From Guillardia theta CCMP2712 (lineage: Eukaryota; Protista; Cryptophyta): a stretch of 64,000 nucleotides of DNA. The notes beneath the pieces are model-generated. The model made no database searches. It saw only the letters and a program-made list of their open reading frames with translations, and was not told where the DNA came from. A program made the translations under genes and the position numbers. Each line of letters starts with the position of its first letter. The stretch's first letter is position 1. Of the stretch, positions 35,955-48,703 are shown piece by piece. The stretch is from assembly GCF_000315625.1 (NCBI RefSeq), contig NW_005434672.1:240006-304005 (forward strand). The letters run 5' to 3'.

Positions 35955-38189
35955 ATGAGAAACCTGCAATGGATCGCACTTTGTTGTGATTGTGCTGATG
36001 GAAGCAAGCAGTGTCCCGAGATGAAAACCATGCTCCATGTTGATGGTTTTCCACGATGGCTTTCAACATCCTGCTGAAAGTGTTTTTTCTTCTTCTTTGA
36101 CTGTTTTCCATTACAGAATGTCAGGTCTGCTCGGATCTTTTGCTGCATGCATTGCTTGCCAGGCTTGCACATGCGTATCATCGAGCATTTGCACCTTTCT
36201 ATGCGGGTGACCGATTGAGATTGATGTCGTATTAGGTGTCTGACTTGCTCTTGAATACTAGAAAACTGTGTTCTGGGAATGACTCTCCAAAGCAAGAGAC
36301 TGTAGTCTCTCGGACATCGAGGTTAACGTATTTCTTCTTGTTCCTAGTTGTGGTGCTGGCAACCTGGGTAAGACCTTTGCTTTTGTTGTTTTAATATCAA
36401 GCTGCGGGCATTCATGGATTGTTTTCAGATTTTCAGAGACAAGGCTCCAGAGTCCTTCACTGGGAACGATATCTTTAGCAAGAGCCTCAACTGTCCGAGT
36501 GATACGAAATCGAATGGATGTGTCGCGCGGTATGCGAGGGGGGGCAGGGCCGTGTTGTCCTTTGACTGGAATCTCGTGTAACAGAGCTTTCGTCTTGCGC
36601 CTTTGTTTCGCGACTTCAGTCTTTCACCTCACACTGGGGCTCCCCACTATTGGTGTCAACGACTACTCAAATCCCCGTGTTGCCTTTCATACAGCTCTAT
36701 GGCCGATCAAGCTGGTGAGAAACGAATTGAAGATGTTGCTTTTATTGATGCAATGTTATTTGAAGGCGTGGTGGGCCATACTGCACTTCATTGTCTTTCT
36801 GATCCCATCGTCGTTCTTCCTTGGATTTGGATGGCTGGCGTTGATTTTCGGGATTCTTTTTATCCTCGTCCAGGTGCCTTGTTTGTGGACAACTCCAAAT
36901 GATGTACTGAAACAATTGAAGATCATCTTGTATATTGAATGGGTGTATCAATTGAATGAGGATTGGATTGCCAGGGTAATGTTTCACATTTCGCCGGATT
37001 CCAATCGAAGATTTTTGAACTGATAGCTTGGCGCAGGATGGAGCGGAGAACATCTCTGGGCCATTTCACATTGCCATTATGATCATTTCTTTCATTTGCT
37101 TTGGCGGGTCTGTTACACTGACAGCATTCATGTTCAAATGGTATCCTTGAACCAATCGATCTGAAGCAGTTTCAGTTACGCCTGTACAGGTTCGGAACAA
37201 GTTCGACGCAGCCCGAGGAATCATGCGGGCTCTACTTGTTTTTCATTTCCTGGAACCTTATTATGTTCGTGTTTCTTACAATCCTTTCGTTTCGCGTAAG
37301 AACAGAAACTCCATCAAGCGTAGCTTGAGGTTTGATGGTCTTTTGCAGGCAACCGAATGGGTTCCTTCGACAGGCCTGCTTCCGAGCACACTCGTCGCGA
37401 TCTTCATGACGTTTAAGGTTCTCAACGCGCTCTACTCGCAGAATACGTGCAACTCTATCAGCGCTGCAAGCAGCACAGGGCCTCCGGAGGTAGCCGGTGT
37501 AGTGCCGTAGCAACATGACACTGACTTCAAGTAAGGTCATTGGTGGGATTTCTATCATCATCGCTGTCGTTCTGGCAGCTTACAATAGCGTATGGATCTC
37601 AAAAGGAATGGACCGTGATGGTCAGTTCTGGGGGCCAACGCACGATAGCGGTGCCCAATCGAACGATCGTTCGGTAAGTGACTTGAAATGTGCTGCGTGC
37701 AAGGGCTTGTTTGCATGTTCATTTTATTTATCGTTGCTGTTGCATGATCTGATTAGGTTCCTCTTGTGGAGCTCGAAGCACAACCAACGAACCACATGAA
37801 CACAGATACTGTTGAACACGGCGAATCAGGTGAAATACCCCAAAGATGGGTCGTCGGTAAGATCTTTGTGTGTAGAAGCTCCTGCGCTTTCTGGACCCGT
37901 CGGCTACAATGTTGCTTTCTTCCATTTCGCAGTAGCATTTGGAATGTGCTACGTCGCAATGCAGGTATGCCTATCCATGCCCTCCTTGTTTCTTTGATTG
38001 TCCTCACCACCCGATTTGTGACATTGCTTGCAGCTTACAAACTGGAACACTGAATACACCGTGAACAGCATCGATAAGAGCACTACAAGCATGTGGATCA
38101 AGATTGTAGATTCTTGGATTCTATCTCTGATGTACGGATGGTCCATGATCGCGCCCAAGGTTTTGACAAATAGACAATTCGAGTACTAG
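35955..38189 (+). CDS. Serine incorporator (Serinc/TMS1 family) membrane protein; start uncertain
   Basis: FVLRLCFATSVFHL…GVNDYSNPRVAFHTALWPIK; YNVAFFHFAVAFGMCYVAM; LTNW…SMWIKIVDSW…YGWSMIAPKVLTNRQFEY*. Confidence 0.88.
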
Positions 38190-38441
38190 AGTCTGTTTTG
38201 TCCTTGTCAGACCTGAAGTTTGTACTTTTAACGTGTGCAGAGTATTTTTATTTTATTCCGCTTTTGCTAAATACAGCAAGTTTCTTGCCGTAGAGTTCTG
38301 TAGTCCATCCATTCGCTGTCGAGCATTTGTTGAAGCAATACATGGCGGGGATGATACTTCACCGAATATCTTTGACTCAAATAAAACTATGATACATCCA
38401 AATCACAGATCTCAAAAGATTTAGATTTGCTCTTGCTAATT

Positions 38442-39026
38442 TCAGATGTTTCCTGCCTCCACTTCAGGCTTTTCAGTGTCGTTCTTTGGGGTTTCCTCTT
38501 TCTCTTCAACCTCTAGCCCGATTTCTTCTTTCACCTGTCAAACCGTAATCATGGAGGTGCCATACTTGGAGGAGGGTAGCAAAATGTCCAAAGAATTAAT
38601 TTGAAGAAGACAGGCAGTCAGAGAGTATGCATTAATATAGGATGGATTGAAGCAGAACAATCTGCAGGAAGGCAAAAGAGGGGACAACGCAGCCTGTAAT
38701 ACTGAATGGAGTCGAGAGAACGGGAGGGGGCATGAAGGTATGCATGGGGAAAGGTAGCATCTGTTATCAGTGGTACATACATCCTTAATGAAGTCATCGA
38801 CGTCGAGGAGGTCGCGCATGTCAAACTCGTTCTTTTGCCTCCATTTGTCCAGCTCCCCCTTCTCCTGCCTGCGTTCACAACAACACAGCGATCAGAAGCA
38901 GCATCGTGCATACAACAGCACTTACAGTCCTGACTCTTCTGCGATCTTGTCTACAGCACCTGATGCCGAGACAGCGCAGACGGCAGTGAAGCTAAAGCCT
39001 CCGATCAACATGGCTTCGATGATCAT
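38442..39026 (-). CDS. Hypothetical small protein with hydrophobic N-terminus and acidic C-terminus
   Basis: Putative exons MIIEAMLIGGFSFTAVCAVSASG…, EKGELDKWRQKNEFDMRDLLDVDDFIKD, VKEEIGLEVEEKEE…GNI* joined by GT-AG introns. Confidence 0.45.
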
Positions 39027-39504
39027 GCCGGTATGCGTTGCAGAGGCGGTATCAAGCGCTATCTATCAATTCAAGGGGGAGAACAGCGGGGTTAGGAACG
39101 TATGAAACAAGGGACGGCGATGAGTAGCGAACCAGCTAAGAGTTTCAAGATGATCGATTCCCAGTGAGGAGGAACGAGCAGGAATGAGGACGAATCAGGA
39201 GGAGGCGGAGTGGGATGAGGAGGGGGTTCTGGTGATAACGTGTCAGGGAGGGGGGGTAGGGTGGTGTGTATTTTTTGGAGGAAGGTGAAAGGTCATCGGT
39301 TACGCTCACCGTTAATTTCGAATTCTAAAAACCTCGGAATCTTCTAAAAATATCTACAGTTTTCCTACAAGCCTAACAAATCGTACCGGTGAGAGTTTTA
39401 ACGTTACTTAAAATGTTTTATCTCATTACTTCCGTACAAATTGTTTTAGTTTAACAACGCTGATATCAGATGAAGTCCCTTGTATGTGGGCGACTACTAG
39501 AGCA

Positions 39505-40217
39505 ATGGCACACAAAACAGCTTCATTCCAGGCGCTCAAGGCAACGACGCTGGACGGCAAAGTCATCGACGCCTCCACCTTCCCCAACCCAGCAGGAGCA
39601 GTTGTGTTCCTCATCAGGAGAATGGGCTGCCCTCTATGCAGGGAAGAGGCTCTCTCTCTCTCTGGGTTGAAACCGAAGCTGGATGCCCGCGGGATCAGGT
39701 TGATAGGTATTGCTGGAGAGCACCTGGGACACGAGGAGTTTCGCAAAGACTTCTGGTAAAGATGTTTGACAATCGACTTGCTCGTTCCTTTAGTCCTTTT
39801 GTGCTTCCCCGGTCGTGTGTTCCTTGCTTCCATTCTGTTCGAACGTGTTTGTTTGCTCCTTGCAATTTTACTGATTCGCTTCAACTCAGGAAAGGAGAGC
39901 TGTACTTCGATCTGGGCAAGAAAACCTGGTATCCGCTCATGGGTGACGGCAAGACACCGACCAACACGTTCATGGGAATCTTCAGCTACTTGTGCGGCGG
40001 AACTGTAGCCAAAAATCTGAGGAGAGTGAATAGCAAAGGGATCCAAGGAAACCTGGCAGGAGAGGGGACGATTCTTGGAGGCGTCTGGGTCGTGGGGCCC
40101 GGATCGCAAGGAATCATCTTCGAGCACAGAGAGAAGTCGTGGGGCGACAACGTTTGCGTCAGCAACATGGAGGACCTCGAGAAAGCGATCAACAGCATCA
40201 AGTCTCCAACCATGTAG
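39505..40217 (+). CDS. Peroxiredoxin-like 2 (AhpC-TSA_2 / FAM213 family) protein (intron 39756-39889)
   Basis: VVFLIRRMGCPLCREEA (CxxC); GNLAGEGTILGGVWVVG…IIFEHREKSWGD. Confidence 0.88.
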
Positions 40218-40318
40218 ATTGCTAACTATTAGGAACAAAGAATGTTGTGTTATGGACTATGTCTATCTTCGCATGTCCATGACAATCTGTAAGTGGAATT
40301 TTGATCTCTTGTACCAAG

Positions 40319-41384
40319 TCATCGCATCTCCATCGCCCCCACTGTTCTCGTAGTTCGGTTGCGCTGTCCTTCTCTCCCTTCCTCCAGTGTCTTTCCCCAT
40401 CTCCGCAGATCTGCGATAAAGCTGCGGATCTACCGTCATGTTGATGGCATGACAGACAAGCTCGATTGCTCACCCAAGATTGGGTTGTGCTCGTGGCCTG
40501 GCAGCGCGTACAAGCTCAAGAGCTGTTAGATTGCGTTAGCCACAATTGAGATGCTTGATTTGACGACACATAATGGGGAGAAAGCATGACGATGGAGCAA
40601 CCACATGCTAGTATCATGCAGCATACGAGAATCTTGTCATTTTAGTCAAGGCATACCTTGCTCCAAGGATAATCCGTCACGTTGCATCAGATATGCGGTG
40701 ATGACCTGCTAGCGTTACTCTCTACCAGATCCTCAGAAACAATGGTGCACCGCAGCAGAGCGGCTCTTTCCTTGGAAGCAGCTCACTAGAATCCCTCCTT
40801 TCTTTGCGCTGGCCTGAATTTACGTGTATCAACGGTATGGAGCCCCGGTGAATGCGGCAACCTCAATGTGCTCGCACAGAGATGGTAAACGTTGAAACAG
40901 GTTCGCATCTGCTTTCTCTTAGATCCCAGCGGCGTCTCCCCATGGTATGCAACATACTTGCCGAGTCTTCAATATCGTTAACAACCTGATATGATATCTC
41001 TGGATCTTTCAAAAACTGAAGCTCGTCATTTGCGAAGGCCAACCGTCATGCGGGCACCTTTTCGGAGCAAAGCACGAGAACGTGCGTGATGCCAAGTTGT
41101 TTCAGCGCTGAGGGGTTCTTGACGCTTCCTATAGAGCCGATGAAGACGTTATGTTTCACCAAGACCTGATACATGGTCTCTCAGAAGCAACGTCCTAGCT
41201 TCGGTGTTGGTACTACCGGCACAGAGTCCTCCAGACAAAACCGACTCACAGCAAGGCTCCTGGCATTCACAGTGAGCATAGCAGGGTTACGAGGAGAGAA
41301 GGCTTGAAAAAGGAGGAGATACCTTAGCAGTCGACCTGTCTTGTTGTCCCTGTTGTCCCTGCCGCTCTCCACTTCTGCTTCCAT
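40319..41384 (-). CDS. Dual-specificity protein phosphatase (multi-exon, not captured as one ORF)
   Basis: Minus-strand exons NVFIGSIGSVKNPSALKQLGITH, DIEDS, ILVSCFQGKSRSAA (CX5R), VITAYLMQRDGLSLEQ, ALELVRAARPRAQPNLG, FIADL. Confidence 0.85.
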
Positions 41385-41878
41385 CCTATCCTCATGTCCT
41401 GCTGCTACAAATTCCCGCAGTTGATCGTTGAAGGGTGGAACCACATTCTTTTTTTGCGGTTTTAAATCCTTTTTCCCTTCAAAAGGTACCAGAAAATATT
41501 GTTTTTTTGGAAGTAATGATGAGCCGTTACCCAATGATCCCCAAAACATGTGAGCGAAGAATCATGCCGAATAAACAATCAATGAGCCCGTGAACACTCA
41601 TGCCTAAAATAAAACAACGAACAAACAACAAACAACAAAAACGAACAAAACAAACTCCGACCTCGCCAATACTATGCTTGACGGCAATCCAGACTGAGGC
41701 TCATGATCAACGAGCAATCTCACCATGCCGGCATATCACGATCAAGCTCGACGGCTAAGCGCTCTCAGTCTCGCCTTGCATCGCTAGCACCCTCGCCATA
41801 TGCAGACATAGTCGTTTATTCAAGTACATCCAATAACATCATGCTCCCGATATCCTACATGCATCCCTCGGCCCTCCC

Positions 41879-42595
41879 TCAATCGCTGCTGTACACCTCC
41901 CTCCGCCTCCCTCCCGTGCTCCCCCGCTTCCCCTGGTGCTTGTACGGCCAGTGCCCTACTCCCAGCCGCCTGCACACCAGCTTCATGGTCGACTTGCCGA
42001 TGCCGATCTTGGCCGCCGCGACCTCGAGGCTCTCGTGGAAGTGCTCTGCCAGCCGCTCCCGCGTGATCTCCACCGGCCCGTCCCCTGCCGTGAGCTGCCG
42101 GGAGTGGATCACGACGACGTCTGGCCTGGTGGGCAGGCTGCGGAGACGGGCAGCTCCTGCGGCTGTGCGGGACGCGCCGAGGCCCTGAGACGCTGGCTCA
42201 GGCTGGTCTGGTGTCGGGGACTCCGGAATCCTGTGGGCGGCGATGTAGCAGCTGTCGAGCTGGTCCTCGGGCTCGTCCGGGATGCCGACGGCGTCGAGGG
42301 CGGCGGCCCAGTCTCCGCCGAGCACGAGAGGGGAGGCAAGCAGAGCGTGCCAGTCTGGCTCGAAGCCAGCCTTACAAGCTCCATGCGCCTTGGGGAGGCT
42401 TGGGATGGGGTATGACTTGAGGGGAGCCTCGGTGGGAGAAGAGAAGGCGGAGGAGGGCTGGGAGCCGGCGGTCGAGGTAGACAAGTCCAGCCAGTCGGCA
42501 CTGGATACTGATGAGCATGCGCTCATGTCATCCTCCATGTCGTAGCTCGTGTCGCTTGGGCTCCACGCGGTTAAGCTCTCGTCGTCAGACCACAT
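41879..42595 (-). CDS. RWP-RK protein, family B copy 1 (intronless; 238 aa from MWSDD, 328 aa if the ATG at 42865 is used)
   Basis: ITRERLAEHFHESLEVAAAKIGIGKSTMKLVCRRLGVGHWPYK; acidic Ser-rich N-terminus. Confidence 0.85.
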   Translation of the reverse strand: MWSDDESLTAWSPSDTSYDMEDDMSACSSVSSADWLDLSTSTAGSQPSSAFSSPTEAPLKSYPIPSLPKAHGACKAGFEPDWHALLASPLVLGGDWAAALDAVGIPDEPEDQLDSCYIAAHRIPESPTPDQPEPASQGLGASRTAAGAARLRSLPTRPDVVVIHSRQLTAGDGPVEITRERLAEHFHESLEVAAAKIGIGKSTMKLVCRRLGVGHWPYKHQGKRGSTGGRRREVYSSD

Positions 42596-43402
42596 GTTGG
42601 AGGGTAGAGTAAGTGTCGTGGGGGAGGTGGTGCACAGATAGTCTGGATAGGGGGATAGGGAGAGAAAGGGCGGGCTGTCTGTCTGTAGCCTGGAGGTTGT
42701 AGCTTGCTGGCCGTGCCTGGTGCTCCGGGCTGAGTGTGCTGGTGGCAAGGCTGCGGACAGAGAGGTCTTGTAGGGGAGGGCGCAGGGGGAAAGTGGACAT
42801 GGAGGCGGATCTGAGGTCACGGGATCACGCTGACGGGAGCATGCTGAAGCGACGCGAGGGTGCATTTTACCTCACGTATCACCAAGCAGCATTCGAAGCC
42901 GCGAGAAGCGTCTCGAGTTGTCTCGCTCTACTCGCGGAGATCAAGTCCGAGAAGGTGAGTGTTTTCGTATTCCTGCTCCGGGCCGGATTTATGACTTGGG
43001 CTAGATCGCATCGCTTGGGCGGCTTCAGAGAATGGAGGCCGGAAAGAGCTGCGTTATCAGGGTTAGCGGACCGTGACAGGTGCTCTGCAGACATATCTCC
43101 TAACTGACTTGGTCGCCAAGCTCCGACATCCAAAAAGGGTGTCCGGCTGGCAAGTGGACGATGCCGACTCAAGACCAACTCCGACCTCGCCAATACTATG
43201 CTTGACGGCAATCCAGACTGAGGCTCATGATCAACGAGCAATCTCACCATGCCGGCATATCACGATCAAGCTCGACGGCTAAGCGCTCTCAGTCTCGCCT
43301 TGCATTGCTAGCACCCTCGCCATATGCAGACATAGTCGTTTATTCAAGTACATCCAATAACATCATGCTCCCGTTATCCTACATGCATCCCTCGGCCCTC
43401 CC

Positions 43403-44119
43403 TCAATCGCTGCTGTACACCTCCCTCCGGCTCCCTCCCTTGCTCCCCCGCTTCCCCTGGTGCTTGTACGGCCAGTGCCCTACTCCCAGCCGCCTGCACA
43501 CCAGCTTCATCGTCGACTTGCCGATGCCGATCTTGGCCGCCGCGACCTCGAGGCTCTCGTGGAAGTGCTCTGCCAGCCGCTCCCGCGTGATCTCCACCGG
43601 CCCGTCCCCTGCCGTTAGCTGCCGGGAGTGGATCACGACGACGTCTGGCCTGGTGGGCAGGCTGCGGAGACGGGCAGCTCCTGCGGCTGTGCGGGACGCG
43701 CCGAGGCCCTGAGACGCTGCCTCTGGCTGATCTGGCGTCGGGGACTCCGGAATCCTGTGGGCGGCGATGTAGCAGCTGTCGAGCTGGTCTTCGGGCTCGT
43801 CCGGGATGCCGACGGCGTCGAGGGCGGCGGCCCAGTCTCCGCCGAGCACGAGAGGGGAGGCAAGCAGAGCGTGCCAGTCTGGCTCGAAGCCAGCCCTACA
43901 AGCTCCAGGCGCCTTGGGGAGGCTTGGGATGGGGTATGACTTGAGGGGAGCCTCGGTGGGAGAAGAGAAGGCGGAGGAGGGCTGGGAGCCGGCGGTCGAG
44001 GTAGACAAGTCCAGCCAGTCGACGCTGGATACTGATGAGCATGCGCTCATGTCATCCTCCATGTCGTAGCTCGTGTCGCTTGGGCTCCACGCGGTTAAGC
44101 TCTCGTCGTCAGACCACAT
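43403..44119 (-). CDS. RWP-RK protein, family B copy 2
   Basis: Near-identical to copy 1. Confidence 0.85.
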   Translation of the reverse strand: MWSDDESLTAWSPSDTSYDMEDDMSACSSVSSVDWLDLSTSTAGSQPSSAFSSPTEAPLKSYPIPSLPKAPGACRAGFEPDWHALLASPLVLGGDWAAALDAVGIPDEPEDQLDSCYIAAHRIPESPTPDQPEAASQGLGASRTAAGAARLRSLPTRPDVVVIHSRQLTAGDGPVEITRERLAEHFHESLEVAAAKIGIGKSTMKLVCRRLGVGHWPYKHQGKRGSKGGSRREVYSSD

Positions 44120-44930
44120 GTTGGAGGGTAGAGTAAGTGTCGTGGGGGAGGTAGTGCACAGATAGTCTGGATAGGTGGATAGGGAGAGAAAGGGTGGGCT
44201 GTCTGTCTGTAGCCTGGTGGTTGTAGCTTGCTGGCCGTGCCTGGTGCTCCGGGCTGAGTGTGCTGGTGGCAAGGCTGCGGACAGAGAGGTCTTGTAGGGG
44301 AGAGCGCAGGGGGAAAGTGGACATGGAGGCGAATCTGAGGTCACGGGATCACGCTGACGGGAGCATGCTGAAGCGACGCGAGGGTGCATTTTACCTCACG
44401 TATCACCAAGCAGCATTCGAAGCCGCGAGAAGCGTCTCGAGTTGTCTCGCTCTACTCTCGGAGATCAAGTCCGAGAAGGTGAGTGTTTTCGCATTCCTGC
44501 TCCGGGCCGGATTTATGACTTGGGCTAGATCGCATCGCTTGGGCGGCTTCAGAGAATGGAGGCCGGAAAGAGCTGCGTTATCAGGGTTAGCGGACCGTGA
44601 CAGGTGCTCTGCAGACATATCTCCTAACTGACTTGGTCGCCAAGCTCCGACATCCAAAAAGGGTGTGCCAGGCTGGCAAGTGGACGATGCCGACTCAAGA
44701 CCAACTCCGACCTCGCCAATACTATGCTTGACGGCAATCCAGACTGAGGCTCATGATCAACGAGCAATCTCACCATGCCGGCATATCACGATCAAGCTCG
44801 ACGGCTAAGCGCTCTCAGTCTCGCCTTGCATTGCTAGCACCCTCGCCATATGCAGACATAGTCGTTTATTCAAGTACATCCAATAACATCATGCTCCCGT
44901 TATCCTACATGCATCCCTCGGCCCTCCCTC

Positions 44931-45647
44931 TCAATCGCTGCTGTACACCTCCCTCCGGCTCCCTCCCTTGCTCCCCCGCTTCCCCTGGTGCTTGTACGGC
45001 CAGTGCCCTACTCCCAGCCGCCTGCACACCAGCTTCATCGTCGACTTGCCGATGCCGATCTTGGCCGCCGCGACCTCGAGGCTCTCGTGGAAGTGCTCTG
45101 CCAGCCGCTCCCGCGTGATCTCCACCGGCCCGTCCCCTGCCGTGAGCTGCCGGGAGTGGATCACGACGACGTCTGGCCTGGTGGGCAGGCTGCGGAGACG
45201 GGCAGCTCCTGCGGCTGTGCGGGACGCGCCGAGGCCCTGAGACGCTGCCTCTGGCTGATCTGGCGTCGGGGACTCCGGAATCCTGTGGGCGGCGATGTAG
45301 CAGCTGTCGAGCTGGTCTTCGGGCTCGTCCGGGATGCCGACGGCGTCGAGGGCGGCGGCCCAGTCTCCGCCGAGCACGAGAGGGGAGGCCAGCAGAGCGT
45401 GCCAGTCTGGCTCGAAGCCAGCCCTACAAGCTCCAGGCGCCTTGGGGAGGCTTGGGATGGGGTATGACTTGAGGGGAGCCTCGGTGGGAGAAGAGAAGGC
45501 GGAGGAGGGCTGGGAGCCGGCGGTCGAGGTAGACAAGTCCAGCCAGTCGACGCTGGATACTGATGAGCATGCGCTCATGTCATCCTCCATGTCGTAGCTC
45601 GTGTCGCTTGGGCTCCACGCGGTTAAGCTCTCGTCGTCAGACCACAT
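44931..45647 (-). CDS. RWP-RK protein, family B copy 3
   Basis: Near-identical to copy 1. Confidence 0.85.
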   Translation of the reverse strand: MWSDDESLTAWSPSDTSYDMEDDMSACSSVSSVDWLDLSTSTAGSQPSSAFSSPTEAPLKSYPIPSLPKAPGACRAGFEPDWHALLASPLVLGGDWAAALDAVGIPDEPEDQLDSCYIAAHRIPESPTPDQPEAASQGLGASRTAAGAARLRSLPTRPDVVVIHSRQLTAGDGPVEITRERLAEHFHESLEVAAAKIGIGKSTMKLVCRRLGVGHWPYKHQGKRGSKGGSRREVYSSD

Positions 45648-46458
45648 GTTGGAGGGTAGAGTAAGTGTCGTGGGGGAGGTAGTGCACAGATAGTCTGGAT
45701 AGGTGGATAGGGAGAGAAAGGGTGGGCTGTCTGTCTGTAGCCTGGTGGTTGTAGCTTGCTGGCCGTGCCTGGTGCTCCGGGCTGAGTGTGCTGGTGGCAA
45801 GGCTGCGGACAGAGAGGTCTTGTAGGGGAGAGCGCAGGGGGAAAGTGGACATGGAGGCGGATCTGAGGTCACGGGATCACGCTGACGGGAGCATGCTGAA
45901 GCGACGCGAGGGTGCATTTTACCTCACGTATCACCAAGCAGCATTCGAAGCCGCGAGAAGCGTCTCGAGTTGTCTCGCTCTACTCTCGGAGATCAAGTCC
46001 GAGAAGGTGAGTGTTTTCGCATTCCTGCTCCGGGCCGGATTTATGACTTGGGCTAGATCGCATCGCTTGGGCGGCTTCAGAGAATGGAGGCCGGAAAGAG
46101 CTGCGTTATCAGGGTTAGCGGACCGTGACAGGTGCTCTGCAGACATATCTCCTAACTGTCTTGGTCGCCAAGCTCCGACATCCAAAAAGGGTGTGCCAGG
46201 CTGGCAAGTGGACGATGCCGACTCAAGACCAACTCCGACCTCGCCAATACTATGCTTGACGGCAATCCAGACTGAGGCTCATGATCAACGAGCAATCTCA
46301 CCATGCCGGCATATCACGATCAAGCTCGACGGCTAAGCGCTCTCAGTCTCGCCTTGCATTGCTAGCACCCTCGCCATATGCAGACATAGTCGTTTATTCA
46401 AGTACATCCAATAACATCATGCTCCCGTTATCCTACATGCATCCCTCGGCCCTCCCTC

Positions 46459-47175
46459 TCAATCGCTGCTGTACACCTCCCTCCGGCTCCCTCCCTTGCT
46501 CCCCCGCTTCCCCTGGTGCTTGTACGGCCAGTGCCCTACTCCCAGCCGCCTGCACACCAGCTTCATCGTCGACTTGCCGATGCCGATCTTGGCCGCCGCG
46601 ACCTCGAGGCTCTCGTGGAAGTGCTCTGCCAGCCGCTCCCGCGTGATCTCCACCGGCCCGTCCCCTGCCGTTAGCTGCCGGGAGTGGATCACGACGACGT
46701 CTGGCCTGGTGGGCAGGCTGCGGAGACGGGCAGCTCCTGCGGCTGTGCGGGACGCGCCGAGGCCCTGAGACGCTGCCTCTGGCTGATCTGGCGTCGGGGA
46801 CTCCGGAATCCTGTGGGCGGCGATGTAGCAGCTGTCGAGCTGGTCTTCGGGCTCGTCCGGGATGCCGACGGCGTCGAGGGCGGCGGCCCAGTCTCCGCCG
46901 AGCACGAGAGGGGAGGCAAGCAGAGCGTGCCAGTCTGGCTCGAAGCCAGCCCTACAAGCTCCAGGCGCCTTGGGGAGGCTTGGGATGGGGTATGACTTGA
47001 GGGGAGCCTCGGTGGGAGAAGAGAAGGCGGAGGAGGGCTGGGAGCCGGCGGTCGAGGTAGACAAGTCCAGCCAGTCGACGCTGGATACTGATGAGCATGC
47101 GCTCATGTCATCCTCCATGTCGTAGCTCGTGTCGCTTGGGCTCCACGCGGTTAAGCTCTCGTCGTCAGACCACAT
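46459..47175 (-). CDS. RWP-RK protein, family B copy 4
   Basis: Near-identical to copy 1. Confidence 0.85.
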   Translation of the reverse strand: MWSDDESLTAWSPSDTSYDMEDDMSACSSVSSVDWLDLSTSTAGSQPSSAFSSPTEAPLKSYPIPSLPKAPGACRAGFEPDWHALLASPLVLGGDWAAALDAVGIPDEPEDQLDSCYIAAHRIPESPTPDQPEAASQGLGASRTAAGAARLRSLPTRPDVVVIHSRQLTAGDGPVEITRERLAEHFHESLEVAAAKIGIGKSTMKLVCRRLGVGHWPYKHQGKRGSKGGSRREVYSSD

Positions 47176-47986
47176 GTTGGAGGGTAGAGTAAGTGTCGTG
47201 GGGGAGGTAGTGCACAGATAGTCTGGATAGGTGGATAGGGAGAGAAAGGGTGGGCTGTCTGTCTGTAGCCTGGTGGTTGTAGCTTGCTGGCCGTGCCTGG
47301 TGCTCCGGGCTGAGTGTGCTGGTGGCAAGGCTGCGGACAGAGAGGTCTTGTAGGGGAGAGCGCAGGGGGAAAGTGGACATGGAGGCGGATCTGAGGTCAC
47401 GGGATCACGCTGACGGGAGCATGCTGAAGCGACGCGAGGGTGCATTTTACCTCACGTATCACCAAGCAGCATTCGAAGCCGCGAGAAGCGTCTCGAGTTG
47501 TCTCGCTCTACTCTCGGAGATCAAGTCCGAGAAGGTGAGTGTTTTCGCATTCCTGCTCCGGGCCGGATTTATGACTTGGGCTAGATCGCATCGCTTGGGC
47601 GGCTTCAGAGAATGGAGGCCGGAAAGAGCTGCGTTATCAGGGTTAGCGGACCGTGACAGGTGCTCTGCAGACATATCTCCTAACTGACTTGGTCGCCAAG
47701 CTCCGACATCCAAAAAGGGTGTGCCAGGCTGGCAAGTGGACGATGCCGACTCAAGACCAACTCCGACCTCGCCAATACTATGCTTGACGGCAATCCAGAC
47801 TGAGGCTCATGATCAACGAGCAATCTCACCATGCCGGCATATCACGATCAAGCTCGACGGCTAAGCGCTCTCAGTCTCGCCTTGCATTGCTAGCACCCTC
47901 GCCATATGCAGACATAGTCGTTTATTCAAGTACATCCAATAACATCATGCTCCCGTTATCCTACATGCATCCCTCGGCCCTCCCTC

Positions 47987-48703
47987 TCAATCGCTGCTGT
48001 ACACCTCCCTCCGGCTCCCTCCCTTGCTCCCCCGCTTCCCCTGGTGCTTGTACGGCCAGTGCCCTACTCCCAGCCGCCTGCACACCAGCTTCATCGTCGA
48101 CTTGCCGATGCCGATCTTGGCCGCCGCGACCTCGAGGCTCTCGTGGAAGTGCTCTGCCAGCCGCTCCCGCGTGATCTCCACCGGCCCGTCCCCTGCCGTG
48201 AGCTGCCGGGAGTGGATCACGACGACGTCTGGCCTGGTGGGCAGGCTGCGGAGACGGGCAGCTCCTGCGGCTGTGCGGGACGCGCCGAGGCCCTGAGACG
48301 CTGCCTCTGGCTGATCTGGCGTCGGGGACTCCGGAATCCTGTGGGCGGCGATGTAGCAGCTGTCGAGCTGGTCTTCGGGCTCGTCCGGGATGCCGACGGC
48401 GTCGAGGGCGGCGGCCCAGTCTCCGCCGAGCACGAGAGGGGAGGCCAGCAGAGCGTGCCAGTCTGGCTCGAAGCCAGCCCTACAAGCTCCAGGCGCCTTG
48501 GGGAGGCTTGGGATGGGGTATGACTTGAGGGGAGCCTCGGTGGGAGAAGAGAAGGCGGAGGAGGGCTGGGAGCCGGCGGTCGAGGTAGACAAGTCCAGCC
48601 AGTCGGCGCTGGATACTGATGAGCATGCGCTCATGTCATCCTCCATGTCGTAGCTCGTGTCGCTTGGGCTCCACGCGGTTAAGCTCTCGTCGTCAGACCA
48701 CAT
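47987..48703 (-). CDS. RWP-RK protein, family B copy 5
   Basis: Near-identical to copy 1. Confidence 0.85.
   Translation of the reverse strand: MWSDDESLTAWSPSDTSYDMEDDMSACSSVSSADWLDLSTSTAGSQPSSAFSSPTEAPLKSYPIPSLPKAPGACRAGFEPDWHALLASPLVLGGDWAAALDAVGIPDEPEDQLDSCYIAAHRIPESPTPDQPEAASQGLGASRTAAGAARLRSLPTRPDVVVIHSRQLTAGDGPVEITRERLAEHFHESLEVAAAKIGIGKSTMKLVCRRLGVGHWPYKHQGKRGSKGGSRREVYSSD

Noticed and set aside
42596-42865. 90-aa N-terminal extension of family B proteins
   Set aside because: It overlaps the conserved promoter-like GGTCACGGGA motif and resembles UTR; MWSDD is preferred, though unproven.
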